The notes under the pieces were generated by a model. It was not told the DNA's origin, ran no database searches, and was given only the letters and a program-made list of their open reading frames with translations. A program made the position numbers and the translations under genes. From a plasmid, in the sequence record NZ_CP128206.1: a DNA stretch of 64,000 bases; one strand, given 5' to 3'. Below, one piece after another: positions 1-11,559 of the stretch (position 1 is its first letter; the number at the start of each line of letters is the position of its first letter).

Positions 1-23
1 CGCCCAATCGAGCGCCCTTGAGT

Positions 24-1442
24 TCAGCGAGTTGTTCTGCATCTGCCTTGGTAAGGTAGATTGCATCGATACTGATGCAAATTCTTAGTGATGACCGAAG
101 GTACCTGGTAGAGATTAGCGACGTCTTCATCGTAGTTTTCCAAACCAAGGTCACAGGCGTGAACCACACCATCTTTAAAATCCCACTTTCTCAGTGCATT
201 TGGGTAATCACAACCGACCAACTCCATAGCTTTCGGGAGAGTGGTCGCAACTAATGTTTTTTGGATGGGGCCGTGGCAGAACCAAATGTCCTTCTGACCA
301 CTCTTCGGCTCTTTGAGCGTCCAGCAGTAGGCAATCGCCTCTTTGAAGTCTTTAGTTCGTGCTGTACTTATAGGTTTAGCATTCCCACCGGTTTGTTGAG
401 TTGGGTTAGCCTGAACGGTTGTCCCGTTGGTTGACGGTTGACTTGAAGCAGCAGACGCGACAGATGGTGCCGTCGTTGTTTTATTTCCGGCTTGGGTAGC
501 ACTTTTCATCGTAGCCAGAGCCTGCTCTCTCTTTTCCATGCGATCCATGTAAGTCGGTTGGATTTGCGCGTACTGCTTACTCAGGTTCGGTCGGGGAATG
601 TAGTTGTTAGTATTCGATTGGCTGTATGTAGGCAGTGTTTTAACGCTAGTATCGAAGTTTGCCAACCCTTGGCGGATACCTGCGCTGACCGCTTCACTAT
701 CTCGTTTCTTCTGTTCTGCAACCATCTGGTTGTAGGCTTTAGATGCTTCGGAACTCTTATCTCCTTTGGCTGCCAGGTAAGCAAGTGAGGTATTAACACG
801 CTTAATGGACGCGGCTGTTCGGGATAAATCCGCTTCCTGAAACTGTTCTGGTGTCTTGTGCAGTGAGTCCATAAAGCCCTCACACTTTCTCATCGAAAGG
901 TAGGATGATGACTTGAGGCATGGGTGACTCGATTCAAACCCAATGACAAAGGTAATCTGCTCTTCAACGATTGCGGTTTCCACTTCGTTGGGAAGGTTTT
1001 TCCACGTTCTGTCGATCGTCAATATTGTTGAGCCATCACCAAGGACATATCGCCAAGAGCGAGTCTGAGTGCTGTCCCAACCTCTTCTAAAGTAGTAACT
1101 CACCACGTGTCCACCCGCGACGATAGGGTAGTGCTCCTTCAGAACTTGATCGAACGTACCGATACCGCGTGTCATTGCTTCAAACCAATCTCCTGAACGT
1201 CCCCAGAAATCCCATTGTGTGTTGAACGTAAAGCGGCATGAATTACCTTTCCACGCTTTGGTGGAATCTAGGCAGTACTGTTCCATACGGTTGATAACGT
1301 ATTGAGAGGATTTGGTCATCTCTTCAGGCGTCTCCGTGGGTTCATCACTGTGCCCCCAAATTGCCTGGTGCATCCCATAAGTGCAGCCCGTTAACATTGC
1401 AGTGAGCAATAGTAACGTTGGAAATAGAACCTTATTGGTCAT
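24..1442 (-). CDS. Hypothetical lipoprotein, 472 aa. It has a signal peptide with an LTGC lipobox and a Ser/Thr/Gln-rich linker.
   Basis: Long ORF. N-terminus MTNKVLFPTLLLLTAMLTGC is typical of a lipoprotein signal. No recognisable catalytic motif. Confidence 0.55.
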   Translation of the reverse strand: MTNKVLFPTLLLLTAMLTGCTYGMHQAIWGHSDEPTETPEEMTKSSQYVINRMEQYCLDSTKAWKGNSCRFTFNTQWDFWGRSGDWFEAMTRGIGTFDQVLKEHYPIVAGGHVVSYYFRRGWDSTQTRSWRYVLGDGSTILTIDRTWKNLPNEVETAIVEEQITFVIGFESSHPCLKSSSYLSMRKCEGFMDSLHKTPEQFQEADLSRTAASIKRVNTSLAYLAAKGDKSSEASKAYNQMVAEQKKRDSEAVSAGIRQGLANFDTSVKTLPTYSQSNTNNYIPRPNLSKQYAQIQPTYMDRMEKREQALATMKSATQAGNKTTTAPSVASAASSQPSTNGTTVQANPTQQTGGNAKPISTARTKDFKEAIAYCWTLKEPKSGQKDIWFCHGPIQKTLVATTLPKAMELVGCDYPNALRKWDFKDGVVHACDLGLENYDEDVANLYQVPSVITKNLHQYRCNLPYQGRCRTTR

Positions 1443-1799
1443 CTTGTGAGCTCATCATGTCATTGTTGTTATTGATAGAAAGTATAAATCAGGTAAATCA
1501 ATAAAAAATTATGCATTGGTTTGAATCGGATATGATTTCTGTAGGCCACAGCCAAACCAGAGACTCCTGAAGGTGGTGAATTTGAAAAGTTAGCTGCATT
1601 AGTTGAAGAGTATGAGGAAAAACACTTCCCATTTAATAACTGTAATCCACTTTTGCCCCTTTATGTTTTAACGTACATTCTCAGCGATGAATGACACCAC
1701 CAAATTTTCGATACTTTTTCTCATGACAATCAACATAGGTCATTGACTGTTTAGTATGAAACTTTATTCCTCTCCTACAGTACGGTATCGTAACAAGTC

Positions 1800-2419
1800 T
1801 AAAGGCTGCATTCGTCATATCGCCATTTCTTAAAGTCTTTGGAGAGGGAGAGTGGAAAGTCAAAAAACACGGAAACGAAAAGCGCAGAACATGGCGTAAA
1901 CGGCATCTTGCTGTAGATGTAGATACGCATGAAGTCATCAGTGCTGAAGTGAGCTTGGTTAATGTCGGTGATAGTGAAGTGCTTCCGACGCTGCTTAATC
2001 CATTACGAAGAAAAATAGGTTCAGTCTCTGGCGATGGTGCATACGATACGAAGGGTTGCCATAACGTGTTACAAAGAAAAGGCATTACTCCGTTAATACC
2101 GCCACGTAAAAATGCTAGCTTCTGGGATGATGGACACCCAAGAAACGAAGCAGTAAAAGCGTTAAAAAGTGATACGTTGGCTCAATGGAAAATTAACTCT
2201 GGTTATCACGACCGTTCTCTATCTGAAACGGCAATGTCACGATACAAAGGGCTAACGAGTGGCCAATTGAGCTTAAGGAATTATAATGCTCAAGTAGGTG
2301 AAGCGCTTGCCAATGTCAAAGCCATGAACAAAGTAATAGGACTAGGTATGCCAGTTCAAAACTAATGCTGATAGAACGTAGGCAAGATATGTCCTTCACC
2401 TGATTTGTTCAACAACGCC
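1800..2419 (+). mobile_element. Truncated IS5-family (IS903 group) element. It retains the 3' third of the transposase gene and the terminal IR.
   Basis: ORF 1949-2365 plus upstream out-of-frame residues is about 60 percent identical to the 306-aa transposases at 4221-5141 and 54812-55732. The end at 2402-2419, GATTTGTTCAACAACGCC, matches the IS903-type IR GGCTTTGTTG. Confidence 0.6.
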
Positions 2420-2598
2420 ATGCGACATTACCAAAAGTTGCAGGCTCACTCGTATCCAGAATTACGGATAATTTTCAGATATTGAAACCTGCATCTTCAA
2501 GTTGAATAGGTATAGCCATTGAGAATTGGTCAAAATCACTATTTAATGGGAATAAATTCATATAAACTGATTACTTATTCATATCAAGGAAGAGGACT

Positions 2599-3951
2599 AT
2601 GTCACACATACACGATACTATTGTTGCGTTACAACACAGTAGCCCGGCTCAAAAAGAGTTTTACCAAGCCGTAGAAGAAGTATTAACTTCTCTCGCTCCA
2701 GTCATAGAAAGCAATAATAAATATAAAGAACAAGCGATTATCCAAAGAATCGTAGAACCAGAACGTCAAATCATGTTTCGAGTTCCTTGGGTCGATGACG
2801 CAGGGAATGTGCAAGTAAACAAAGGCTACCGCGTCGAGTTTAACTCCGCGTTAGGTCCATACAAAGGCGGACTGAGGTTCCATCATTCAGTGAACGCGAG
2901 CATCATAAAGTTCCTCGGCTTTGAACAGATTTTTAAAAACGCGCTTACTGGCCTTCCAATTGGTGGCGGAAAAGGCGGTTCAAATTTCGATCCTAAAGGA
3001 AAATCTGACGGTGAAATCATGCGATTTTGCCAATCATTTATGAACGAGTTATACCGCCACATTGGTCCCGTTACCGATGTTCCTGCTGGCGATATCGGCG
3101 TCGGTGCGCGTGAAATTGGTTATATGTTTGGTCAATATAAACGATTGACGGGCCGCTACGAAGGAGTACTTACAGGCAAGAGCCTTCTTTGGGGGGGCTC
3201 ACTTGTTAGAAAAGAAGCAACGGGATACGGAACCGTATATTTTGCGGAATGCATGCTCAATGACCGTAATGATTCACTAAAAGGCAAAACTTGCCTCGTT
3301 TCTGGCGCAGGTAACGTCGCTATCTATGCAATTGAAAAGCTATACCACATGGGAGCAACCCCAGTAACATGCAGCGATTCTAGAGGCACGATTTATCATG
3401 AACACGGTATTGATCTGCAGCTCCTCAAGCAACTAAAAGAAGTGAAAAGAGCAAGTTTAGAAGAGTATTTAGACACTTACCCTGAAGCAGAGTATACGCC
3501 GTTGGGTGACTATCCTAATGAAGGGCATGCTGTATGGCGATATCAAGCTGACGCCGCATTCCCTTGCGCGACCCAAAATGAACTGACGTCAAACGATGCT
3601 CTTGCTCTTATCGATAATGGGTGTGTTTTGATTAGTGAAGGCGCAAACATGCCAACCACTCGTGATGCGGTCAATATCATCGTGGATTCCGAAATGGCTT
3701 ATGGGCCAGCGAAAGCAGCCAATGCAGGCGGCGTTGCAACCAGTCAGCTTGAAATGGCACAAAATGCCAGCATGCAAAACTGGACCTTCGAGCAAGTCGA
3801 TAGCCAGTTGCAGACCATCATGAAAAACATCTTTATTAATGCAAACGAAACCAGTCGAGAGTTTGGTCAACCTGGTAATTTAGTTTTAGGCGCAAACATT
3901 GCCGGCTTTAGAAGAGTCGCTGATGCCATGATCGAGCAAGGCATCGTTTAG
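2599..3951 (+). CDS. gdhA: NADP-specific glutamate dehydrogenase
   Basis: 450 aa. Motifs GGGKGG and KGGLRFHHSVN. Full-length Glu/Leu/Phe/Val dehydrogenase family. Confidence 0.9.
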   Translation: MSHIHDTIVALQHSSPAQKEFYQAVEEVLTSLAPVIESNNKYKEQAIIQRIVEPERQIMFRVPWVDDAGNVQVNKGYRVEFNSALGPYKGGLRFHHSVNASIIKFLGFEQIFKNALTGLPIGGGKGGSNFDPKGKSDGEIMRFCQSFMNELYRHIGPVTDVPAGDIGVGAREIGYMFGQYKRLTGRYEGVLTGKSLLWGGSLVRKEATGYGTVYFAECMLNDRNDSLKGKTCLVSGAGNVAIYAIEKLYHMGATPVTCSDSRGTIYHEHGIDLQLLKQLKEVKRASLEEYLDTYPEAEYTPLGDYPNEGHAVWRYQADAAFPCATQNELTSNDALALIDNGCVLISEGANMPTTRDAVNIIVDSEMAYGPAKAANAGGVATSQLEMAQNASMQNWTFEQVDSQLQTIMKNIFINANETSREFGQPGNLVLGANIAGFRRVADAMIEQGIV

Positions 3952-4166
3952 TTCACAATAGCCAGCAGCCGGACTGCTGGCTTAACACTATTCGGCGATA
4001 CACTGCGCTTTGACAAAGAGCTTCATTTAATCTGCAATAAGCGTCGTCACTTCAGTTTTAACCGAATTGGCGATAAAACAATTCTCATGAGCCATGTGGT
4101 GCATTTTTTCTAATTGAGATCGTGTCGGTTGATTATCACCAGCAAATGTTATCTTAGAGTTTAGTA

Positions 4167-5220
4167 GGCTTTGTTGCGTAATTCAGACGAGAAACCAAAC
4201 CTCCTAAAGTTGAGCGACTTTTATACAATATACGGAGTTTCAGGCATACCAAGCCCTGTAAGTTTGTTCAGTGCTTTGATCATGGCGTAAGTCTCGCCAA
4301 CCTGAGCGTTGTAGTTTCTCAGGCTTAATTTTCCACCTAACAACTGTTTCACCCGATACATTGCTGTCTCTGATAGCGAGCGCTTATGATAGCCATACCG
4401 ATTTTTCCATTTCTTGTTGGAGCCGTAGAGCTTCTGACAACCTACTGCTAAATTGCGAGGGTGTCCTTGTTCCCAGAAGGTAGCTCCTTCTCGTGACGGG
4501 ATAAGCGGAACCGCTCGCTTGAACCGTATAGCATCATGGCAATTCCTTGTGTCATAAGTGCCATCGCCTGATATCTCAATGATTTTATGACGTGTCTGCT
4601 TGAGTAAGTTGGGGAGCACTTCGGCATCAGTTACGTTAGATAAGCTCAGCTCTGCTGCGACTATTTCGTGGGTGCTTGTATCTACCGCGATATGTAGCTT
4701 ACGCCAGACTCTTCGCTTCCCATCAGTTCCATGCTTCTTGACCTTCCATTCACCTTCGCCATAAACCTTGAGGCCAGTGGCATCAATTGCCAGATGTTGT
4801 ATCGCACCTCTGGTTTTGGTTTTAAATGAAACCTCAACTTCCTTAGCTCGGCGGCTTATACAGGTGTAGTGTGGGCAAACAAGCGAGATGTTAGCCAGCT
4901 TAAATACTGAGTCTAAAAAACCTTGCAGCGCTCTCAATGGCATAGAGAAAACGCGTTTCACCATCAGAGCGGTAGTAATGGCTAAGTCGCTGAATCGGCG
5001 AGGTCTACCACGCTTGCCTTGTTTGTTTTGCTTCCACTCGGCTATCGCTTCCTCATCAATCCAAAAGGTCAGAGAACCACGTTTGATTAAGGCTTTATTG
5101 TACTGCTTCCAGTTAGTTGTTTTGTAACGAGGTTTAGGCATGAGGCTACGACGATTGATGGGCGTAACCGCTCAGATCGTAGCTTCTTGATTTAGTTCCA
5201 TCGAATTACGCAACAAAGCC
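4167..5220 (-). mobile_element. IS5-family (IS903 group) insertion sequence, copy 1. Complete, 1054 bp, with terminal IRs GGCTTTGTTGCGTAATTC.
   Basis: Single 306-aa DDE transposase (4221-5141). Inverted repeats at 4167 and 5220. Second copy at 54733-55786 in inverted orientation. Confidence 0.85.
4221..5141 (-). CDS. IS5/IS903-family transposase
   Basis: 306 aa, MPKPRYKTTNWKQYNK... Full-length. Duplicated at 54812-55732 with about 97 percent amino-acid identity. Confidence 0.85.
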   Translation of the reverse strand: MPKPRYKTTNWKQYNKALIKRGSLTFWIDEEAIAEWKQNKQGKRGRPRRFSDLAITTALMVKRVFSMPLRALQGFLDSVFKLANISLVCPHYTCISRRAKEVEVSFKTKTRGAIQHLAIDATGLKVYGEGEWKVKKHGTDGKRRVWRKLHIAVDTSTHEIVAAELSLSNVTDAEVLPNLLKQTRHKIIEISGDGTYDTRNCHDAIRFKRAVPLIPSREGATFWEQGHPRNLAVGCQKLYGSNKKWKNRYGYHKRSLSETAMYRVKQLLGGKLSLRNYNAQVGETYAMIKALNKLTGLGMPETPYIV

Positions 5221-5765
5221 TTCAGTTGGTGAAAGCCAATTCCTGAGACCTGAGATCAGAATTTATTCTACATATCTAAAAGCGAATGATGAAACGCCTT
5301 TTGCTGATAATAAGGACAGTCAACTGAGCTTTGGTATACAGATGGAAGCTTGGTGGTAAGACTCTAAAAATGAATCGGGCAATTCCCCCAATTGTCCGAA
5401 TATTTTGTTGAATGTATTTAAACGCTACACAGAATTTAAACTATTCATCGCTCCTGAAATTAGTCTCTCTAGACATCTTTACCCTTGATTTCTCCCGTAC
5501 TAATTTGTACCAGCTAAAAACGTTATAAGTTGAGTGAGTTTTACATACTTAAAGTAATTCGTGTTTAACTAAATTAAGTAGAAACTCTAACGAGCTTTTG
5601 TCCAAAACCTTCTCAAAATGGTTCAGAAATCTTGTGAACCCGTCATTCCGCAGCCAATTTCAGAATTAAAACAATGTGATCCAGTGATCGTTTACAAATG
5701 TTAGTGCGACAGACCTCTTGACCGCGATCCCCAGTTTTGATCTATTACTGTTATTTAACGGTCAC

Positions 5766-6124
5766 TTTATTATGTCTGCTGCTCAACCTGTCATTAAACG
5801 CCTAGATCACTTAGGGCTGATCGCTGCTTTCTGCCATGAAATCGGCTTACCTGGTATTATTGATCGCGTCATTCCCAAGTACTCGGATCATAACGTTTCA
5901 CATGGCGATGCGGTCTTGGCTTTCACAGCAGAACGCTGCATATGTTTTCTGACTTCTTCGAGACGAAGCCTGTTGCCAAGTTGCTTGCTAAAGATATTGA
6001 AGCTCACCATTTAACGGACGATGTACTCGGACGCACGTTAGATGCTTTATATGAAGCAGATGTCTCCGCACTTTATCAAGCGATTGCAGAGCATGTCGTT
6101 GATAAGCTAGGACTTAAAACGTAA
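5766..6124 (+). pseudogene. Frameshifted N-terminal fragment of an IS4/IS1634-like transposase (DUF4277 N-domain)
   Basis: Two adjacent ORFs (5718-6014, 5942-6124) together match the N-terminal 120 aa of the 200-aa ORF at 33101-33703 (VIKRLDHLGLIAAFCHEIGLP...). Confidence 0.6.
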
Positions 6125-6169
6125 TCGTTCACCAAGGTAACTTGACTCGATATTAACGGGGGGAACAGC

Positions 6170-6960
6170 CTATAGATCAAAGATGTTGGGGTACGGTCTC
6201 TTCGCCACAACAGCCGTGATGATCTCACTCAACACTGACATTGCCGACAAGCCACGTTTTTTGCAGGTTTCGATGAGGGTATGTACCCTACTGCGGAATT
6301 TATCGCCTGCATCCGAGGTCGTTCCGAAGCTGATTTTCCTTTGGATTACAAAACCTCTAATACATCGCTCAGCTTCATTATTGGTTAAGGGGATTGACAC
6401 TTTCTTGAGGAAAACCCACAAGCTCTCTCTATGTTTGAGCAGTAACTTGCATCGCCCCCGATATCGCTTGACCATGACATCAGTCCCTTTGCTCAACCAA
6501 TGATCGAACGATTTCTGCAACCTACGCATTCTTCGTAAGTATAGCGCATAATTTAACTCATCTTGTTCATAACGATGCCGAGTATGGAAAATGGCGTTCG
6601 TCAGCAAACAAAGATGTCTGCCAATATAAGCGGTGTGGCCACCGCCACTATAATCCGCCATTTGCTGAAGGTTACGCTTCACATGTGCCCAACATAACTG
6701 ATGACGGTCTGCGGCTATCCAGTTATAGCTAGGGCACTGGTCGCTGACCACAATGACTGCATAGTCTTCATCAATGACCTTTTTCGCTGATGAGGTCGAG
6801 CGCGAATAAAGTATTTGCTCATAGACAAGGTCATCACTTGCCACTAACCAACACCAGCGAAGGCTTTGTTCATCATTTCTGTGATGAGAGGTCTCGTCAG
6901 CATGAATCAAAGGTGATCTGAACCAGGTCACCGTTGCTACTGGAAAGGTTAGCGATCGTA
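6170..6960 (-). pseudogene. IS66-family transposase, C-terminal fragment
   Basis: Motifs DETSHH, CWAHVKRNL and LTNNEAERCIRGFVIQRKISFGT are typical of IS66 TnpC. The N-terminal 40 percent is missing. Confidence 0.65.
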
Positions 6961-7300
6961 TCGCGCAGAGAAATAATCGGACGATAAAAAAGTTGATCAA
7001 GAAAATGCGATAACCACGCAAACTATCGTGGCAACAACCGTCGCAAGGATCGCATTGTTTCTGGTCCATCGAACTGAGCAAAGGCAATCGAACGGTCTAA
7101 GCCAATTGCCTAGTACCATTTTTGTCCCCAACATTAATAACATGTGAGAACAAGATTTTGGGTTACCCGTTAAGAGTGTAGTCAAACACAGAGCTCTGTT
7201 TACCAACAGCATTCAGCACGGCTTCTTAAGCCTAGGATAATCCGTAACTTTGTCGCCACTTTTAGTAACAGACGACGATGAAGGCAGCAATGTCGTGTTG

Positions 7301-7723
7301 TCACTCATGATCACAGCCACCGCACTCGAGATAGTCGTTTTGACCATGTCGTTCAAAAACGATAAGGTCAGATCCGCGGATACGGTACCGCCCTGCATTT
7401 TTTCGATACAGGAAGCGCGCTGCGCTCTCCAGATTGAGCGCGTTAGCCAGAGACTTGGTCTGGTTAATCAGTTCATCGGCAGAGCCTGTCATCGGCTGGT
7501 TTTTATACTGTTGGGCAATTTTGCTCACACCGCCGGCTTTCTCATCGATGTAGGAGCTGATCATTTCCGCTTGCTCCAATACAAAACTGTTACTTTGAGC
7601 CATAATACTCTTAGTCAAAGAGGTTTTTGCTCGTAGTGGCCAATGCAACGGAGATTGCAACCAGTAAGATAACGGACAATAATAAGGTCCTTTTAATGCC
7701 ATGTTTTTCATTATTTTTTCCAT
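7301..7723 (-). CDS. Hypothetical protein, possibly frameshifted. An alternative frame encodes a signal-peptide segment.
   Basis: ORF only. An overlapping frame gives KRTLLLSVILLVAISVALATTSK without a start codon. Confidence 0.25.
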   Translation of the reverse strand: MEKIMKNMALKGPYYCPLSYWLQSPLHWPLRAKTSLTKSIMAQSNSFVLEQAEMISSYIDEKAGGVSKIAQQYKNQPMTGSADELINQTKSLANALNLESAARFLYRKNAGRYRIRGSDLIVFERHGQNDYLECGGCDHE

Positions 7724-7897
7724 CTCAGATGGTGATTTATGGCAGTACTAACTGGGTATTTTTTATATTAGGAGAGTTTTATATCCAATGGAAATGACCT
7801 AAATCATTTTCTTGGAAAAAGAGAAGCACTCACATTATCTGAGTGCTTAGCTTCTCACGACATCTAGTGAATTTTTATAACCAACAATGGAGAGAAA

Positions 7898-9541
7898 ATG
7901 AGTAGCGATAATGGTGGTGTTCCCCACCCTAGTGGCAAAGCAAACCCAATCGATACGGATTATACCGTTGGTCAGGACAACGTCGTTCTTTCCGTCGGTC
8001 CGTTTGGCCTGGACATTCATAACCGGGTTTTCGCCGTCTCAGGCTTAGCGATTGTCATCTTTGTATTTGCAACCCTAATCTTTCGCGAACAAGTCGAACC
8101 CCTGTTTCTTCACTTAAGATCTTGGCTCACCTCAAGTTTTGATTGGTTCTTCTTGTTATCAGGTAACATTTTTGTTGTCGTCTGTCTCGGACTGGCCATA
8201 TCACCGTTAGGCCGGGTCAGAATCGGCGGTACCGATGCCACTCCGGATTATTCCTATTCAGGATGGCTGGCGATGTTATTTGCGGCCGGCATGGGGATTG
8301 GCCTAGTCTTCTTTGGCGTTTCTGAACCCATGACCCATTTCACTACCGCGCTGGGCGGCACCACACTGGAAAATGGTGTGCGTACCGACTGGGCACCACT
8401 GGGTGGTGCGATGGGTGATACCGAAGCCGCACGTTCGCTCGGTATGGCAGCGACGATTTACCATTGGGCACTTCACCCTTGGGCAATATACGCATTGCTG
8501 GCTCTGGGACTGGCTATTTTCTCGTTCAACAAAGGGTTACCACTGACTATGCGTTCAGTGTTCTATCCGCTGTTTGGCGAACGAGTCTGGGGCTGGACTG
8601 GTCATATCATCGATATTCTGGCAATTGTGGCGACGGTCTTCGGTCTGGCGACATCTCTGGGCTACGGCGCGTCTCAGGCTGCGACCGGGTTAAACTTCCT
8701 GTTTGATATCCCATTGACTGACACCACGCAAATTATTCTGATCATTGTGATCACTGCATTTGCACTGCTGTCTGTACTGGCTGGCCTTGATGGCGGCGTA
8801 AAACGCCTGTCAGAAATGAACATGCTGCTGGCTGCACTGCTGCTGTTTTTCGTGGTAGTCATCGGTCCGACAGCCGCGATTCTGCTCGGATTTTTCGATA
8901 ATATCGGTGCTTATCTGACCAACTTCCCTGCACTGTCGATGCCATTTGGCCGTGAAGATGTGAACTATTCTCAAGGCTGGACATCGTTCTACTGGGCGTG
9001 GTGGATTTCATGGTCACCATTCGTCGGTATGTTCATTGCTCGTGTATCACGTGGCCGAACCGTACGCGAGTTTATCGTCTGTGTGCTGATTGTTCCGTCA
9101 ACCGTGTGTGTGTTCTGGATGACGGCGTTCGGTGGTACCGCGATCAGTCAATACGTCAACGATGGTTATAAAGCCGTGATGGACGCAGACCTGCCATTGA
9201 AACTGTTCGAAATGCTTGAAGTTATGCCTCTGCATGAAATTACATCATTCATCGGTATCGTACTGGTCGTTGTGTTCTTTATCACATCATCGGATTCAGG
9301 TTCGCTGGTTATCGATACCATTGCTGCCGGCGGTAAAGTGGATGCACCGACACCACAGCGCGTGTTCTGGTGTACCTTCGAAGGCTTAGTAGCGATAGCA
9401 TTGCTGCTGGGTGGTGGTTTGGCTGCGGCGCAGGCGATGGCGGTAACAACCGGCTTCCCGTTCACTATCGTCTTGTTGATAGCGACAATATCGCTGATTA
9501 AAGGCCTGATGAGTGAACCGCGGGTTAAGAAAGCCAAATAA
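7898..9541 (+). CDS. BCCT-family betaine/carnitine/choline transporter
   Basis: 547 aa, 12 predicted TM segments. Conserved BCCT segment GWLAMLFAAGMGIGLVFFGVSEP. Confidence 0.85.
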   Translation: MSSDNGGVPHPSGKANPIDTDYTVGQDNVVLSVGPFGLDIHNRVFAVSGLAIVIFVFATLIFREQVEPLFLHLRSWLTSSFDWFFLLSGNIFVVVCLGLAISPLGRVRIGGTDATPDYSYSGWLAMLFAAGMGIGLVFFGVSEPMTHFTTALGGTTLENGVRTDWAPLGGAMGDTEAARSLGMAATIYHWALHPWAIYALLALGLAIFSFNKGLPLTMRSVFYPLFGERVWGWTGHIIDILAIVATVFGLATSLGYGASQAATGLNFLFDIPLTDTTQIILIIVITAFALLSVLAGLDGGVKRLSEMNMLLAALLLFFVVVIGPTAAILLGFFDNIGAYLTNFPALSMPFGREDVNYSQGWTSFYWAWWISWSPFVGMFIARVSRGRTVREFIVCVLIVPSTVCVFWMTAFGGTAISQYVNDGYKAVMDADLPLKLFEMLEVMPLHEITSFIGIVLVVVFFITSSDSGSLVIDTIAAGGKVDAPTPQRVFWCTFEGLVAIALLLGGGLAAAQAMAVTTGFPFTIVLLIATISLIKGLMSEPRVKKAK

Positions 9542-9672
9542 CGGTTTACTTTAAAAGACAATGGGCAGGCTCCGTGTCCGAGTTTGTGTAACGGAGCCAC
9601 TCATTGACAAAGTGACTATTCAGTCTCTCGTCATCAATATGTAAACACATTTCAGGACGAGACACTGATACG

Positions 9673-9707
9673 AAAAAGCCTCGCAGTGATAACTGCGAGG
9701 CTTTTTT
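9673..9707. terminator. Bidirectional rho-independent terminator between the convergent BCCT and MscS genes
   Basis: GCCTCGCAGT-loop-ACTGCGAGGC stem flanked by A and T runs. Confidence 0.7.
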
Positions 9708-9736
9708 ATGTAGCATTAAACGCTAATGGCTGAGCA

Positions 9737-10594
9737 TCAGGCCTTGTTCTGACCCAGCAATTCCTGCGCTTGAGGCTGAGTCATCGTAATGTGCAGATCA
9801 CGTTGCGGGAACGGAATGGTCATACCCGCTTCCTCAATCTTACCTTTCACCTGACGCTGAATGCTCCAGTAGGTTTCCCAGTATTTATCCGTGGTACACC
9901 AGGCGCGTAGTTGCAGATTCACTGAGCTGTCCGCCAGCATCTGAACCATCACCTGCGGTTTCGGATCCAGCATGACTGCTTCATGGCTGAGCGCTAAATC
10001 CTGAAGCACTTTCAGGCCGGTTTCAATTGAATCCTCGTAAGAGATACCTACCACGATTTCCATACGACGACGGCCGTTACGGCTGAAGTTACGAATGGTT
10101 GCGTTCCAGACGGTGCGATTCGGGCTGGAAATATACAGGCCGTCACCGGTTTCAAATACTGAGGTGAACAAACCAATATCTTTTACCGTACCGCTGTAAC
10201 CGGCAAACTCAACGAATTCACCTTTTTTTATCGGTTTCAGGAACAAAATCATAATCCCCGCAGCAATATTGCTCAGGGTATCTTTTAATGCCAGGCCAAT
10301 CGCCAAACCGGCCGCACCGACTAAGGCAACCAAACTGGTGGTATTGACACCAAACAGGTCGAGAATAATGACCAGAGCGAGAATGTAGACAATATAACCA
10401 CCGACTTTAGACATCAGAGACGCGACAATCTCATCACCATTGCTCACTTTCATAATGGCTTTCTGAATACCGGCACGCATCAGTTTTGATGCGATAGAAG
10501 CAATCACTAAAATAAGCAGGGTTAAAATTGAGTTCTGGATGATATCCAGAATCAACGCCTGATGTGTCTCGTAAAAGCTGACGAGTAACTCCAT
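9737..10594 (-). CDS. Small-conductance mechanosensitive channel (MscS family)
   Basis: 285 aa with three TM segments followed by the conserved MscS beta domain. Confidence 0.8.
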   Translation of the reverse strand: MELLVSFYETHQALILDIIQNSILTLLILVIASIASKLMRAGIQKAIMKVSNGDEIVASLMSKVGGYIVYILALVIILDLFGVNTTSLVALVGAAGLAIGLALKDTLSNIAAGIMILFLKPIKKGEFVEFAGYSGTVKDIGLFTSVFETGDGLYISSPNRTVWNATIRNFSRNGRRRMEIVVGISYEDSIETGLKVLQDLALSHEAVMLDPKPQVMVQMLADSSVNLQLRAWCTTDKYWETYWSIQRQVKGKIEEAGMTIPFPQRDLHITMTQPQAQELLGQNKA

Positions 10595-10671
10595 TTTTAT
10601 CTCCGTAACGGGTTATGGATGTTGTAAAACGGTACCCGGATATCTCAACCAGGCACCAGCATTAAGCAGCG

Positions 10672-11215
10672 CTAACCAACACTGCCTTGAATCAAGTAAA
10701 TGTTATAACTTAAATAACACAGAACGAACACTCCCCCTTCCAGGCGGGAAATAGTTTTTGCTTTACCAATTTTTACCGCAGTGAAGAGCAGCAAGGCCGT
10801 ACAGAACAGGACCGATGACCAGTCACGCCAGAAAATTTCCGCTCCAACATCGGAAATCGGCTCAATGGCACCGGCAATACCGACCACGGCCAGCGAATTA
10901 AACATGTTTGAGCCTACCACGTTACCGACAGCCAAGTCATGCTCACCTTTACGCGATGCCGCCAGTTCCGGCAATGAAGTCCCCAGAGCGACAATCGTCA
11001 GACCAATCGTCAGTTCACTGACACCCAGTTCCTGAGCAATATTGACCGCTCCCCACACTAAAATGCGAGAGCTCGCGACCAGCAACACCAAACCGGTAAC
11101 GAGCCAGAAAATAGCGCGGGATAAGGTCATAGATTGCGGCATCACCTGTTGTTCTACTTCAGGCGATAGCTGGCTTTTCCGTGGCATTCGTTCACTGGAT
11201 GAGCAACAACAGAAG
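10672..11215 (-). pseudogene. CaCA-family (YrbG-like Na+/Ca2+ exchanger) gene, C-terminal half. Its 5' end is truncated by the IS3 insertion.
   Basis: Alpha-repeat motif GLTIVALGTSLPELAAS. The ORF N-terminus reads into the IS3 left IR at 11216. Confidence 0.65.
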
Positions 11216-11277
11216 TGATCCGCACCAGCAGTTTTGGACACTGAGTTAAGTGAGTACAATCACTAACGAGGTGAACC

Positions 11278-11559
11278 ATGACAAACAAGAAGAAACGTAT
11301 TATCCATTCTCCTGAATTTAAAGCCGAAACTCTGAAGCTAGCAGAGAACGTGGGAGTCGCTGCGGCAGCAAGACAGCTCTCCTTACATGAATCTCAGATC
11401 TACGCTTGGCGCAAGACTGTAAAGAAAGACACCACAACCAGTCAGCGAGAACAAGAGCTAGCCGCTGAAGTAGCCAAGCTTAAAAGGCAGTTGGCAGAAC
11501 AAGCAGAAGAGCTAGATATCGTAAAAAAGGCCACCTACTTCGCGAAAAATCTAAAGTAG
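11278..11559 (+). CDS. IS3-family transposase OrfA (HTH)
   Basis: 93 aa, MTNKKKRIIHSPEFKAETLKLAE... Slippery A6G site at 11523-11529 for a -1 frameshift into orfB. Confidence 0.8.
   Translation: MTNKKKRIIHSPEFKAETLKLAENVGVAAAARQLSLHESQIYAWRKTVKKDTTTSQREQELAAEVAKLKRQLAEQAEELDIVKKATYFAKNLK

Noticed and set aside
1681-2085. 134-aa minus-strand ORF
   Set aside because: It lies antisense to the truncated IS5-family transposase fragment and has no independent support.
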